DNA of 51,297 bases from Candidatus Hodarchaeum mangrovi (GCA_016839515.1 JAEOUE010000032.1:1-51297), one strand, 5' to 3'. Positions 20,634 through 31,413 are shown, counted from the stretch's first letter. Numbers and translations: made by a program. The notes: generated by a model from the sequence alone, not told the origin.

Positions 20634-21150
20634 GGTTTACCCAAAACCTTTTTATTTAATGTATTAGAGATGAAGAGTCTCAGAACTATCTATAGTTTCA
20701 AATTGTAGGAAGATCCTTCCTCTGTGGTTTTTCATGTGTTTAAATGTTAGAAATTTTTGATGCTGCACTGAACGAATACTTCTGTGAAGCTATTTAAATA
20801 TAGGGGTTAGTTTATTTTCACCCATATAAGAGATCTGGGTAAAAATTTAATGTATCTATTTTAACCTAATTTTTTTGTAATATGTAGATATTCAAGATAT
20901 TTTAAATTATAGATCAGTAAAATTAATCATTTTGATATTTAAAAAACCCACTCTTAATAGATGTAATAATCCTATTTCTAGAGAATTAGAATTTGATTTA
21001 TCAAACTTATTTTTTAATAAACAACTAGAAAATAAATATTGTAACAACTGAAATAAAATCTAATGTTATAAGAACGATACCTTTTGTAAACATTATTTTG
21101 CTAATTTCCGAGAACATTATATATATAACTGTGGTCATACTGAGGTATAG

Positions 21151-21903
21151 GTGAGCAATATGGCACTGATAGAAATAGATACCATCTTATTACTCCTTGA
21201 ACAAATTTGCTTAGGTAGTTTAATCTCAGGATTAATCCTATTCTTCCTAACGTTATTTCTTCAAGGAAGCCATATTTTCGATCATGATACTGACATAGAT
21301 CATGATATTGATCATGATGTATCTCTAGATCACGGGGGTATAGATTTAGGGGATGCAGATATTGATACTGACATTGATCTAGATGTAGATCATGATGTAG
21401 GTCTTCATGTCGATAAACACTTTGATATTAAGGACCATGCATTTGAAGCAGATAATCCTACTCCTTTAATGTTATTAATTGGTACTTTTCTAATGACATT
21501 CGGTGGAATAGGTACCATTCTTCTTCAAACTTCAATTAATCCAATTTTTATTATAGGTTTGACTTTTATTATCCCTATTGGAACTACATATGGTATTTCC
21601 AAACTCTGGGCAAAATTAGCTGTTTCAGACATTTATGAAACACCTCTTCAAACAATAAAAATTGATGATAAGGTTAAAACTATTACCACAGTTGACACAG
21701 ATGGAGGATTAGTTGTAATTGAGACATCTTCAATTCATGGTCCAATTAAAATGGCAGCAAAAACTAGATATGGAGCAATAGCGAAAGACATGGAAGCTTA
21801 CGTTATTAAAATTGACTCAAATGCCGTAATAATTGATGAATGGCCCTCATCAGAGGAAAATAAGAAGCCAATCCCAGACAAGAGATCTATACGTTGGGAT
21901 TAG
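21151..21903 (+). CDS. NfeD/YuaF/YqiJ-like membrane protein with His/Asp-rich loop and C-terminal OB fold
   Basis: TM helix, DH-rich tract, two TM helices, then a beta-rich C-terminus; directly upstream of flotillin. Confidence 0.8.
   Translation: MSNMALIEIDTILLLLEQICLGSLISGLILFFLTLFLQGSHIFDHDTDIDHDIDHDVSLDHGGIDLGDADIDTDIDLDVDHDVGLHVDKHFDIKDHAFEADNPTPLMLLIGTFLMTFGGIGTILLQTSINPIFIIGLTFIIPIGTTYGISKLWAKLAVSDIYETPLQTIKIDDKVKTITTVDTDGGLVVIETSSIHGPIKMAAKTRYGAIAKDMEAYVIKIDSNAVIIDEWPSSEENKKPIPDKRSIRWD
21271..21438 (+). repeat. Coding low-complexity Asp/His repeat (DHD, DID units)
   Basis: GATCATGAT at 21280, 21298, 21310 and 21388. Confidence 0.8.
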
Positions 21904-21932
21904 TGACTGATGCTCAAATAAAGGTGTAAATA

Positions 21933-23183
21933 ATGAATAATATATTTGTACTCCAAAATTTAGATAGTTTGATTGCTGACTTGGCTCCATATGGAGCTGG
22001 GATAGTCATACTTTTTGTATTTGTCTTTATTTTCTTTGCTATATTTTATGTATCTCGTTATCGAAAGTATAAAACAAATGAATATGTTATCCATTTTCGG
22101 AGAGGAAAAGTAAAAAGAGCTGGTACTGGTGGAACTGTATTTATGTGGCCTATTTTTGACGAAGTTATAGTAATTCCCACCACTGTACAGCAAACCCTTC
22201 TTGAGGCTAGAGAAAAGGTCGTTTCACATGAATATCAAGATATTGCTATTACAGCATTTGTTTATTGGCGGGTTACCAACCCAGAGGTATCATTCTCGAA
22301 AGTTAGTTGGAATCCAGCCCGCTCTGATTATGTTGAAAAAGCAATTAAAAATGCTACTGAAGCAATTATTCGAACTACTTGTGCAAACATGAGAATTGAA
22401 CAAATCATCAGAAACCGTGCTGAAATTATCAAAAATGTTACAAGTGAACTTCATCATCTTGCTGGAGACTGGGGAATTACTGTAGAATCAGTAGAAATTC
22501 GAGATGTTGAAGTACTCGATGCAAGATTAAAAGACAATCTTGAAGCAGTAAAAAAGATAGAAGAAGCACAAACTGCTCAACTACGTCAGGCCGAAATGGA
22601 AGAAATGGTTCAACTTCGAAATCTTGCAGTGAAACAGAAAACTGGAGAGACAGATCAAGAAGTAAAACTTCAGATTGAATCCAAAGCTAAGCAAAGAGAA
22701 ATTCAAATTGCTCAATTAGAACAGGAGAGGGCAGTTATCGAAGCTGAAACTAAACGGAGAAGAATGAAGATTGAAGCAGAAGCAGAAAAATTCTTAAAAG
22801 TTACACAAGAAATTTCAGTTGATGCAGAACGAATTCGACAAGAAGCAATGGCACGAAAGGATCAATTAATAGCTGAAGCAGAGGGTGAAGCAGCTAAAAT
22901 AAGTAAAACTCAGATTGCTTTAGCTCAAGGTATCCTTGAACAAGCTAAGGCTTTAAGTGAAGCGGATGAAAAATATATTCAACTGAAAACACTTGATATG
23001 CTTCCTGAAGTCTTTAAAAACATAAATGTCGATAAAATGATTTTATTGGGTGAAGGACAAGATGCTTATAAATCGATTGCTCAAATGGTTTTACCATTTG
23101 TCGAATTAGCCCGAGAAATGGGATTGAATAAAACAGGAGGAGGAACCTCTGAACGTATTCCTCGTTCAAGAGAAGAAGATTAA
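21933..23183 (+). CDS. Flotillin-like SPFH/band 7 protein
   Basis: N-terminal TM, SPFH core (WGITVESVEIRDV), long Ala/Glu coiled coil (AEAEGEA). Confidence 0.92.
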   Translation: MNNIFVLQNLDSLIADLAPYGAGIVILFVFVFIFFAIFYVSRYRKYKTNEYVIHFRRGKVKRAGTGGTVFMWPIFDEVIVIPTTVQQTLLEAREKVVSHEYQDIAITAFVYWRVTNPEVSFSKVSWNPARSDYVEKAIKNATEAIIRTTCANMRIEQIIRNRAEIIKNVTSELHHLAGDWGITVESVEIRDVEVLDARLKDNLEAVKKIEEAQTAQLRQAEMEEMVQLRNLAVKQKTGETDQEVKLQIESKAKQREIQIAQLEQERAVIEAETKRRRMKIEAEAEKFLKVTQEISVDAERIRQEAMARKDQLIAEAEGEAAKISKTQIALAQGILEQAKALSEADEKYIQLKTLDMLPEVFKNINVDKMILLGEGQDAYKSIAQMVLPFVELAREMGLNKTGGGTSERIPRSREED

Positions 23184-23201
23184 TCTTACCCTTACCCTTT
23201 T

Positions 23202-24224
23202 TTACTTAACATCACCAAAAAGCATATTTTTTGAAATTCGTACGGATTCTTTCCGTTTACGCATCCGAGAAAAACCACTTTCAATCCAATCTTTGGCCTC
23301 CTCATCTCTCCCTAATTTTCTATAGATAGATCCTATTGTTAAATATAGGATTGAATCATCTTTAAGATCGTTTGCGCGCATATAAAACTCGATGGCTTTC
23401 TCAAATTCTATGGTTTGATGAGAAATTAAAGCTTTCCAATAAAATAAGTTACCAATACGAACCAAAACAGAGATTTCAACTATTTCTTTTACTGTTTCTT
23501 TATCTTCACCATCTAACCGTGCTAATACTCTAATATAACGAGTGATCAATGGATAAATTTTTAGAAATTCTTCCGGTTTTACATTTGGACGCATATAATA
23601 AGATCCTTCTAAGATAGGAGGGTCTGTAAATACCATATATTCATCTAGAAGTTGATTAATCGATGTCTGGACTTGTGTAATGTCTCGAATGATTGCTGAT
23701 AATTCTTGATGCCGAGTTTGAGATTCACGAATCTCTTGAAAACTGAGTGCAGATTCTTTAATTGAACTAGGAGCACTTTTACCCTCATTATATGAAATAA
23801 AACTCTCTAAATTCGTATAAATATCTTTAAGATAATCAATGGATATTTGTTTTTGGTTTTCGATTGACTTCAGACGTTCAGCCAGAATTTTTTCAATATT
23901 TCCGAAATTGGTTAGAGCTCGTGACTTTTCCTCTTTATCGAATAATAAAAAAATAGTACAATATCTTCCTGAGAATTGAATTCGTGGATCTTGTGATTCA
24001 TTACCTTCTAAAGTAAATGGATATGCTAATGCTAGTTCTTTCCTCCCTGGAACTGGAAAAGGACCATGAAGTTGATTTATTTGATCACGACTTTCCCCTA
24101 AACCAAGGGCAGTCAGAAGACTGATGCTAAGTTTCATCGAAGAAGTTTCATCAAGTTGAGAAAGATTAATCTCAGTCATTGGACCTGTATCTGCCATCAC
24201 TGAAAAGATTATTCCGTTAAACAT
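23202..24224 (-). CDS. Hypothetical protein: N-terminal uDENN/longin-like domain plus C-terminal TPR
   Basis: IIFSVMADTGP...LHGPFPVP...LAYPF...DPRI...TIFLLF; C-terminal FEKAIEFYMRA and LYLTIGSIYRKLGRDEEAKDW TPR helices. Start taken at ATG 24224 after GGTG. Confidence 0.6.
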   Translation of the reverse strand: MFNGIIFSVMADTGPMTEINLSQLDETSSMKLSISLLTALGLGESRDQINQLHGPFPVPGRKELALAYPFTLEGNESQDPRIQFSGRYCTIFLLFDKEEKSRALTNFGNIEKILAERLKSIENQKQISIDYLKDIYTNLESFISYNEGKSAPSSIKESALSFQEIRESQTRHQELSAIIRDITQVQTSINQLLDEYMVFTDPPILEGSYYMRPNVKPEEFLKIYPLITRYIRVLARLDGEDKETVKEIVEISVLVRIGNLFYWKALISHQTIEFEKAIEFYMRANDLKDDSILYLTIGSIYRKLGRDEEAKDWIESGFSRMRKRKESVRISKNMLFGDVK

Positions 24225-24405
24225 GCCACTGCACCAAATCACTTAATGTGAGGTGGTTTCAACTCCGAATCTACATTCTTCTGATTCTATAGGAATGAAA
24301 TTATTGTCATACTTCGTATGAAATTTATCTTTATCTGTTTTGTTAAAAACCTTTATGTTCCCAAAGGATAAATTAAGGAGATTAGAGAGGTTTTTTGATT
24401 CAGAA

Positions 24406-25971
24406 TTATCTCTCAGTAATTTTTTCTCTTGACTTTGTTTTAGGTGGAATGGGTAAATCACGTTCAATTCTCTTCATTCTTTTCTGAGAATAATCTCCTA
24501 GAGCTTTATTAAATGCTTCCTTATTCATGGAAATTCTTTGATACGATCCTAAAGTAGGTGAATATAAAGATTTTACATCTAATTGATATTTGGTCAATAA
24601 AGCCCAAGAATTTCGCATAGCTAATAAATCATATAGAAAATAAGTGCTATCCATCAGCTCTATCACAGTTTTTCTGACATTTAATTCTAATTCAAAAATT
24701 CTAGGACGATTTAGGATTTCTAATAAAAGCTGTAAAAGATCTATCAGTTCATCCAATTTCTCTTGTTGAATCTTCTCAGTCTCAAAATATGCAATAAATA
24801 AATTAACTTCACTTGTTAAACGCTCTAGCTGGTATTGAAGAAGGGGAGTACTTCTAATAAATTTCCGTTTATCCATCTTTTTTATCAAAAGCCGTATTGT
24901 CCTAAGAGATAGGTCAGGATCTGAGGATTTAAATCCTAATCTTCTTAAGAATCGAGCAAGCTTCCCACTAATTCGAAGTTGCCCTTTCATCTCACGAGTT
25001 GTATCAATCCCCTGTTTATGATATTGTTGTACTACTTCTTTAATGAACGTTGAATCAATGTCTCCAGCGAGCCCCATACTTGACAATAAGAAGTATGATT
25101 CTACCATACGTGTTGGATCATTAATATTTTGAATATTTTTTCTTAAAAAGGATCCTAATAATAATCTATCACTCTCTGAAAGCAATTCAAGCTTTCCTAA
25201 CCTGTGAATTAAGAAACAAAAGGAAATTACGGAATTTTCAATCGTTTCAGTTTTGATCCCTTCTGAAATCATTTTAAATACAAATTCAGAAATTACGTTT
25301 TCTATCTCCTCACTTGGCCCAGCTAAAAGACTAGCAATATCCATCAGGGTACTTAGATTATTGATTTCTTCAGGTGAATAGGCAAATTTTTTAACAAGAT
25401 GTGATATTTCTGATTCACCAGATACACATAATCGCTTTATAAATTGAAATTCATTAATGACTTCAGAAATATCAGATGAAATTCTTTTCTCTTCAACTAA
25501 CTCATTCAACACTTTTTGTGACACTTTATGTCCTTGTAGGCTCCCCTCAAGGAGTCCAGTTAATAATTCCTCGGGAATTTCTTCAGAACTCTCTTTTCCC
25601 ATGGAATATGCAAGAGGAATGGCAATTTTTTCGAGTAAAGATTCTACGTTGTCCAATTTAGAAAGAATTGCTTGATGCTCATCCCCAAGCTTAGTTAAAC
25701 TTCCAACGATTAACTCATCAAGGTCTTTTTTTGGAGAAAATGCCCCTAGTTCCTCATGAATTACCTTACGAACCTCTTCAAGTACATCTGGGGTTAGTTT
25801 TTTCTTTAAAAACTCTTTTCCAAATTTTTTTTCTAATTTGTTATCAATCCTTTCTACTAAAAAAGAATTCGCTAATTTATACCTAGCAAAACCAGCTGTA
25901 TAATCAGCCACAATCTGTTTTATAAAAGCAGCTGCTGTTAAACCTGCAAATGCTAGAAAAGGGGCAACCAA
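24406..25971 (-). CDS. Large all-helical hypothetical protein
   Basis: 521-aa ORF, TTG start, hydrophobic N-terminal helix; no recognisable catalytic motif. Confidence 0.7.
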   Translation of the reverse strand: MVAPFLAFAGLTAAAFIKQIVADYTAGFARYKLANSFLVERIDNKLEKKFGKEFLKKKLTPDVLEEVRKVIHEELGAFSPKKDLDELIVGSLTKLGDEHQAILSKLDNVESLLEKIAIPLAYSMGKESSEEIPEELLTGLLEGSLQGHKVSQKVLNELVEEKRISSDISEVINEFQFIKRLCVSGESEISHLVKKFAYSPEEINNLSTLMDIASLLAGPSEEIENVISEFVFKMISEGIKTETIENSVISFCFLIHRLGKLELLSESDRLLLGSFLRKNIQNINDPTRMVESYFLLSSMGLAGDIDSTFIKEVVQQYHKQGIDTTREMKGQLRISGKLARFLRRLGFKSSDPDLSLRTIRLLIKKMDKRKFIRSTPLLQYQLERLTSEVNLFIAYFETEKIQQEKLDELIDLLQLLLEILNRPRIFELELNVRKTVIELMDSTYFLYDLLAMRNSWALLTKYQLDVKSLYSPTLGSYQRISMNKEAFNKALGDYSQKRMKRIERDLPIPPKTKSREKITER

Positions 25972-26097
25972 TCACTTTCACTGATAATCTGTTGTTCCAT
26001 ATAGTTTAAAATATTATCTAAACAAATAAGCTATTAGAAATAATTAAGAGCGAAAACTTTTCATTTTATTGAATACAACGCAACGAGGTTCCTAATC

Positions 26098-26919
26098 ATG
26101 AAGAAACATTCTACTTTTCAACTTTGGTTACGAATTATTCTCTTTATGGCTATAGCTATCATGTTAATATTTACATTTCAAGTTTTTATTCTTCCACTAG
26201 TCCAGCAGATAATCCCAAATGGAGAGGCTCTACCCTTAAATTTAGAGATTAATTTAATCCGTATGGTTAATGGAATTGTAGGTGTAGGCTTGGTATATGT
26301 TTTCCTTGCCTTTGATCGCCAAAGATTCAAAGATGTTGGGTTGGAATGGGATAAACAATACGGAATGGAGTGGATTTTAATTTCAATACCAATAACATTA
26401 GCCGGCTTAATTCCTACTGTTGTCATCGAAATAATCTTTGATATAATCATTCTTAAGGAATTAATCAATGTCTTTGCAATCATATTAACACTTCTCGTTA
26501 CAATTTTTGCAATTGGACTTGGTGAAGAAATTCTTTTCCGAGGATATATTCAAAATATGCTCGAAACAAAGTATTCATTCAAATTTTCCGCAGTATCCTC
26601 TGCTTTAATGTTTGGATTTCTCCATTTTTGGCTCGCAGCAACGAGTAGAAATCTATTTTATATGGTGGCTATCTTATTTAGTGCAGCAGTTATTGGTGTA
26701 ATGTTTTCGTACGTCTATAAATTCACTAATTATAATCTTATCTTTCCAGTAGCTATTCACGGCTTTTGGGACTTTTTTCTTTTCATTTTTCAAGCAGATT
26801 TTCGATATCAAGATCTTTTACATGTTGTAATGGAGATTTTAGCATCAACGATTGGAGCTGTAATAATATTTTATGGTGCTCTACGTTATGCTGAGAGACG
26901 AAATTATTTCTCAAAATAG
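26098..26919 (+). CDS. CPBP (Abi/Rce1-like) intramembrane glutamic endopeptidase
   Basis: EEILFRG, FGFLH, HGFWD motifs; multiple TM helices. Confidence 0.93.
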   Translation: MKKHSTFQLWLRIILFMAIAIMLIFTFQVFILPLVQQIIPNGEALPLNLEINLIRMVNGIVGVGLVYVFLAFDRQRFKDVGLEWDKQYGMEWILISIPITLAGLIPTVVIEIIFDIIILKELINVFAIILTLLVTIFAIGLGEEILFRGYIQNMLETKYSFKFSAVSSALMFGFLHFWLAATSRNLFYMVAILFSAAVIGVMFSYVYKFTNYNLIFPVAIHGFWDFFLFIFQADFRYQDLLHVVMEILASTIGAVIIFYGALRYAERRNYFSK

Positions 26920-26941
26920 CGTAATAGGAAAAATTTAAGGC

Positions 26942-27724
26942 ATGAAACCTTTAGATCTCTATTTAGTTCAAATGGATATTGTATTTGGGCAAAAAAAGAA
27001 AAATTTTCAAAAAGCACAACAGTTCATAAACCAGATTAAGCTTAATCCATCATCTTCTGAGCATCAACTGATATGTTTTCCTGAATTGTTCTCCACTAGC
27101 TACGATTTTAAAAATATTGGTTTACAAGCTGAGAATTTAACTGATGGGGAAACAATTTCCTTTTTAATAGATCTAGCGGTTGATTATAATGTTTCAATCA
27201 TTACAAGTCTTTTGGAATATGAAGATGGTCATTATTATAATACAGGTGTATTGATTGATGCAAAAGGAACTCTTCTTGGAAAATATCGGAAAAATCATTT
27301 ATTTCCACTCCCTCCTATGGATGAAACCCAATTTTTAACTCCTGGTAAACTACCTGAAAATGGAATTCAAACTAGTTATGCAAATATCGGTATTCAGATT
27401 TGTTATGACCTTCGTTTCCCTGAGAATAGTCGGACTCTTGCTAAATCGGGTGTAGAGGTATTAATATATGTTGCAGAATTCCCTAAACCACGGGACTATG
27501 TCTGGACAACTCTTCTTCAAGCAAGAGCAATTGAAAACCAAGTTTTTGTTGCAGGAGTCAATCGTGTTGGAACTATTCCAGGAGCTTGCTTTTTTGGACT
27601 TTCAATGATTGTAGATCCCTCGGGGACTATATTGATTAAAGGTTCACAAGCAGAGGAAAATATTTCTGCCTTCCTTGACCCAAAACAAATTGATATAGCT
27701 AGAAATTTTTTAAAAACAATATAG
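26942..27724 (+). CDS. Nitrilase-family amidohydrolase (omega-amidase, YafV/MtnU-like)
   Basis: FPELF, YRKNHLF, ICYDLRFPE, ARAIENQ. Confidence 0.9.
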   Translation: MKPLDLYLVQMDIVFGQKKKNFQKAQQFINQIKLNPSSSEHQLICFPELFSTSYDFKNIGLQAENLTDGETISFLIDLAVDYNVSIITSLLEYEDGHYYNTGVLIDAKGTLLGKYRKNHLFPLPPMDETQFLTPGKLPENGIQTSYANIGIQICYDLRFPENSRTLAKSGVEVLIYVAEFPKPRDYVWTTLLQARAIENQVFVAGVNRVGTIPGACFFGLSMIVDPSGTILIKGSQAEENISAFLDPKQIDIARNFLKTI

Positions 27725-27756
27725 GGAATTTTACCTTAAAAAACAGGTAAGATCAG

Positions 27757-29925
27757 TTAGATTTCGATGGATGATCCTAATTCAGGAATTTTTAGAGATG
27801 AAACATTAAAAATTGGAGTTTTACGTAATTGTTCTAATTGCAAAGGATCGGTAGATAATGCTCCTAGATGGATTAAGATTTTTTCACCTTTAACTGAACT
27901 GAGGTATTTTTGAAGGGTATCATTTGAACTATGACCACTAAACCGTGCGTAAACTATTTTTTGTTTGTAATCTGGTTCCATTTTATGAAGAAGACGATAA
28001 GCTAATGTATTCTTTGCTAGAAATCCGCAGAGTATAATTGAAGTATCTGAATCAGTTTTAGTTTCCTCTACAAGCTCTCTTGCATAACCTCCACCTAGCA
28101 TACCTCCTCCAGTAATTACAACTTGATCATCAAATGGGGGAATCAAATTATCACTTAAGTATCCTTTCGTAGAAATTCCAGTTAACCGAGCTACTTTTGT
28201 GGCCATACCAAGGAGTGAAACTTTTCTTTCAGCTGTTAAACCAGCTTTATCAAGTTTTAATAAAATTTCTTGCGCTCTCCCAACACTAAAAGCGGGAATA
28301 ATTACTCGCTTACTTTCTTTTACCGTTTCAAATAACAGTGAATCACGTTTTTTAGTATCAAAAGATTCTTGATTATAATAAGTACAATCCATAATTGTAA
28401 GATTAGCATCTGTTGGTAAATTAGCTCCTTCATTATTAAATAACGCACTAGGATCCAGATTGGCATCTCCTGAGAACAAAATTGATTTGTTTCCTATTTC
28501 AAGTTTATAAGCATAAGACCCTTGAATATGATGAGCAGGTATTGGAGTGATGGCAATATCAGGGGTTAAATTATAGGTTTTAGAACTGGAAAGTGTTATG
28601 AATCTCTCTAGAAGCTGAATTATATTTGATTCATTTGAAAGATGCTTAAATCTAGGATCTACGGTTCGAACAAGATTGCTAGTATTTCTATTCATCAGAT
28701 TCTGGTTATCTAAAAGAAGAAATTTTGCTAGATTTTTACTCATTGCACTCCCATAAACATATCCTGAATATCCTAATCCGAAAAGATAAGGAATAGCACC
28801 GATATGATCTAAATGAGAATGACTTACAAGGATTGCATCTAGGTAATTTAATGCTTCATCCCAAATTGGGACTTGATAGTTTGCTATTGACATTCCATAA
28901 TCTATCAAGATAATGGACATACTGGTCTTTATGAGAATGCCCATGGTTCCAATTGTTTCGCCACCTAAGAATTTTATGATAACTTTATCTTCAGGTTTAC
29001 TATAGATTGGAAATGCTAGTTTCTCTAAAAAGGGATTCAAAGCCTCAGATGGAATATTCTGAGGAATTTTATCTTGTTGTATTGTTTTGGATGCAATAAA
29101 AGATGCATAGGGACGTATAAATGAATTAAATACGAAAGGGACAAGACTTAGTTGATTTTCCTTAATTACTGGATTAATTTCTTTTGAAAACTCCTCAATG
29201 TCATTGAATCGTTTTATTGGCTTCCAAAATTCAATAAAATCGTTAACTTTTAAATTTAGTACCCTAGAAAGAGTTTCATGATCAAAATATGTTTTTAAGG
29301 ATATTTCTTCAACATCATAAGCTATTTCTGAAACAATATCTTCTAAATATTGAGAATAATTATCAATAGCTTTTATATGGGTTTTTTGGAAGTTGTTTAT
29401 TTCATCTTTATTATGGGGAAAGATATTACAGAATTGAGGGATGAATTTTTCAATTTTGGGTAAAGGTATTCCAATAAACCTCAATAATGCTAGATAATTT
29501 GGAAAATAGGGGGGATTAAATTTATTATTCTTCAAATATTTTAAAATTGACTCACTAGAATGTAGAACTACCTCTTCCAAATCATTTGAATTGGTATAAA
29601 GATATCTGATTACAGTACGGTAATCTTCAAAATCAAATATTGAATTTTGGAGTGCAATTATAGTCATATTTGTTGTTTTTTTCCAATTTTCAGTTAAAAT
29701 TTCCAGTTCTTGATAATCATTCTTAAATAAGTCCTTTATTTTGACCCAAATCGTTCTTTCAGTTGTAAAATATTCATGATCAATGAGAGGAGTGTTTATC
29801 AACCCTAAGAATAAAAAATCTTTCTGTTCTGAAGTAAAATCAAGTCCTATATCAGTAATATTATAATTTTTACCATCTTTTATTTTTTTTAATATTTCAG
29901 ATAATCTAGAATCATTTTCAAACAT
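27757..29925 (-). CDS. MBL/beta-CASP ribonuclease with about 310-aa N-terminal extension
   Basis: FLGG, IDYG, HSHLDHIG, AHHIQGS, FSGD, MDCTY, IPAFSVGRAQE, GMLGGG, FSGH. Confidence 0.88.
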   Translation of the reverse strand: MFENDSRLSEILKKIKDGKNYNITDIGLDFTSEQKDFLFLGLINTPLIDHEYFTTERTIWVKIKDLFKNDYQELEILTENWKKTTNMTIIALQNSIFDFEDYRTVIRYLYTNSNDLEEVVLHSSESILKYLKNNKFNPPYFPNYLALLRFIGIPLPKIEKFIPQFCNIFPHNKDEINNFQKTHIKAIDNYSQYLEDIVSEIAYDVEEISLKTYFDHETLSRVLNLKVNDFIEFWKPIKRFNDIEEFSKEINPVIKENQLSLVPFVFNSFIRPYASFIASKTIQQDKIPQNIPSEALNPFLEKLAFPIYSKPEDKVIIKFLGGETIGTMGILIKTSMSIILIDYGMSIANYQVPIWDEALNYLDAILVSHSHLDHIGAIPYLFGLGYSGYVYGSAMSKNLAKFLLLDNQNLMNRNTSNLVRTVDPRFKHLSNESNIIQLLERFITLSSSKTYNLTPDIAITPIPAHHIQGSYAYKLEIGNKSILFSGDANLDPSALFNNEGANLPTDANLTIMDCTYYNQESFDTKKRDSLLFETVKESKRVIIPAFSVGRAQEILLKLDKAGLTAERKVSLLGMATKVARLTGISTKGYLSDNLIPPFDDQVVITGGGMLGGGYARELVEETKTDSDTSIILCGFLAKNTLAYRLLHKMEPDYKQKIVYARFSGHSSNDTLQKYLSSVKGEKILIHLGALSTDPLQLEQLRKTPIFNVSSLKIPELGSSIEI

Positions 29926-29961
29926 TCAAAATCAACAAAATTAATAATGATGAATTAATGA

Positions 29962-31374
29962 TCATAAAATGGGTATCAGATTATAATCAATGTACCCTTT
30001 GTAAAGTACTGGTTCAATAGCAAAATACTCTGTTGCAGGGATTATACCTTCCAATACAAGTGCACGATTAATTAAATCTATTTTCCAATGAGTTGAAGCC
30101 GCTGTTGTACCACCTTGGTACTCTTGATTTTCCTTTAACCAACCTACTATGACATCCCCCTCTAATTTAGCTTGAGAAACTAATATTGCAATTAATCTAT
30201 TTAAATCCCGGATACCATATTTGTTTTCTAGAACATCAAGGCCTAAATTAATCAAAAAAGGAGTCCCAATTTTTTTTCTCATAGTCTGTTTTATTTGTTG
30301 AATTTTCTCTAACAATTGATCAAGATTATCTGGTAGCTCATTTCTATTTGGTGTACTTTTTGGGATGTACCTTTCAAAATTGAAGGTATGTTCTATCCAA
30401 TTTTCTGTACCCGTAAAAACATCATAAAAACTCTTTTTAGAATCGAAAGTGACTCCTTCACGAAAGATTGAAATCAAGGGACGATTATTATTTAAGTGAT
30501 TGGTGATCATAGGAAATAAAATAATATCAAGGGCATCTCCTACTGTAGTTGAAACATCAAATAAGTTCCATGATCCTTTTTCTAAACCTCCAGCTAAAAG
30601 GTCGTCAAAACTAGAGGCCCCTGTTGAAATAAATTGCTCACCAGGGTCATTCAACGTGGGAGATTTTAATATTATGGCTGGAAAACGATATTTAAATGGT
30701 TCAAATGTTTTAAAACGCCCTGAACTTAAACTAGCTAGATAGGTCTCATTTTTAATCTCTCTACCCCGCATTTTTTCAAAGTTCAACTCTCTAATTCTTC
30801 GTGGAATACCATGTTCTGAGATATGCGTTCTTTTACTTAAAACTATTATACCATCAACAATCCAATCTAAACTGGAATCTTTCACCCCTTCCTCGATGAA
30901 TATAATTTTTGATTCTTCAGATCTTAAATATTGAACAATGGCTGACTCCCAATGCCTGATTTGACTGTCAGATAAATTGATTGTTAAACCATTCCAACTA
31001 TCAATTACTATAATTTTTTTTTGTGATTTAGCTCCTAGGGAAAATATTTTTTGAACGAATTCAGGCATTGTTTCAAATTTAAGAATTAAAATATCGGAAT
31101 CTGATTCAGCTGATTGAGTTCGTGTAGCATCAACAAAAAAAGATCGTTGTCTTTCAGTAGGAATCGTTTCTTCCAACCATGGAAAATCCTGTAAGAGTTC
31201 TCTCGGATTTAACCGTGTACTTACGTAAAATGAATTAGGTAAATGAGCCACTAAATCAAGAGCTAAACTTGATTTTCCAGTGCCAGGTAACCCCTTAATT
31301 AAGAGAGAATAGCTTTTGTCTAATTCTTCAAAATCTGGAAACTCAGTTGGTAACGATCCCTTTGTTCTTACCAT
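29962..31374 (-). CDS. KaiC/RecA-superfamily ATPase, GvpD-like (two domains, second degenerate)
   Basis: LLIKGLPGTGKS Walker A, IVIDSW Walker B, DWIVDGII, EKMRG; second domain begins ISTG..FDDLLAGG but lacks Walker A. Confidence 0.85.
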   Translation of the reverse strand: MVRTKGSLPTEFPDFEELDKSYSLLIKGLPGTGKSSLALDLVAHLPNSFYVSTRLNPRELLQDFPWLEETIPTERQRSFFVDATRTQSAESDSDILILKFETMPEFVQKIFSLGAKSQKKIIVIDSWNGLTINLSDSQIRHWESAIVQYLRSEESKIIFIEEGVKDSSLDWIVDGIIVLSKRTHISEHGIPRRIRELNFEKMRGREIKNETYLASLSSGRFKTFEPFKYRFPAIILKSPTLNDPGEQFISTGASSFDDLLAGGLEKGSWNLFDVSTTVGDALDIILFPMITNHLNNNRPLISIFREGVTFDSKKSFYDVFTGTENWIEHTFNFERYIPKSTPNRNELPDNLDQLLEKIQQIKQTMRKKIGTPFLINLGLDVLENKYGIRDLNRLIAILVSQAKLEGDVIVGWLKENQEYQGGTTAASTHWKIDLINRALVLEGIIPATEYFAIEPVLYKGYIDYNLIPIL

Positions 31375-31413
31375 TCATCATTCACTTTCCAAATGTGAAT
31401 TATATTTATCTTT

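Noticed and set aside
20634-21150. 517-bp intergenic gap with a weak inverted repeat (ACCCA...TGGGT near 20820-20840) as a possible ncRNA
   Set aside because: AT-rich divergent promoter region; the stem is short and no convincing C/D boxes or tRNA fold are present.
24243-24467. 74-aa ORF bridging the 521-aa gene and the longin-TPR gene
   Set aside because: Overlaps the upstream gene by 62 nt, has no motif, and the downstream gene more likely starts at 24224.
29962-31374. Gas vesicle or circadian clock locus
   Set aside because: No gvpA or other gvp genes, no kaiA/kaiB, and the second ATPase domain is degenerate.
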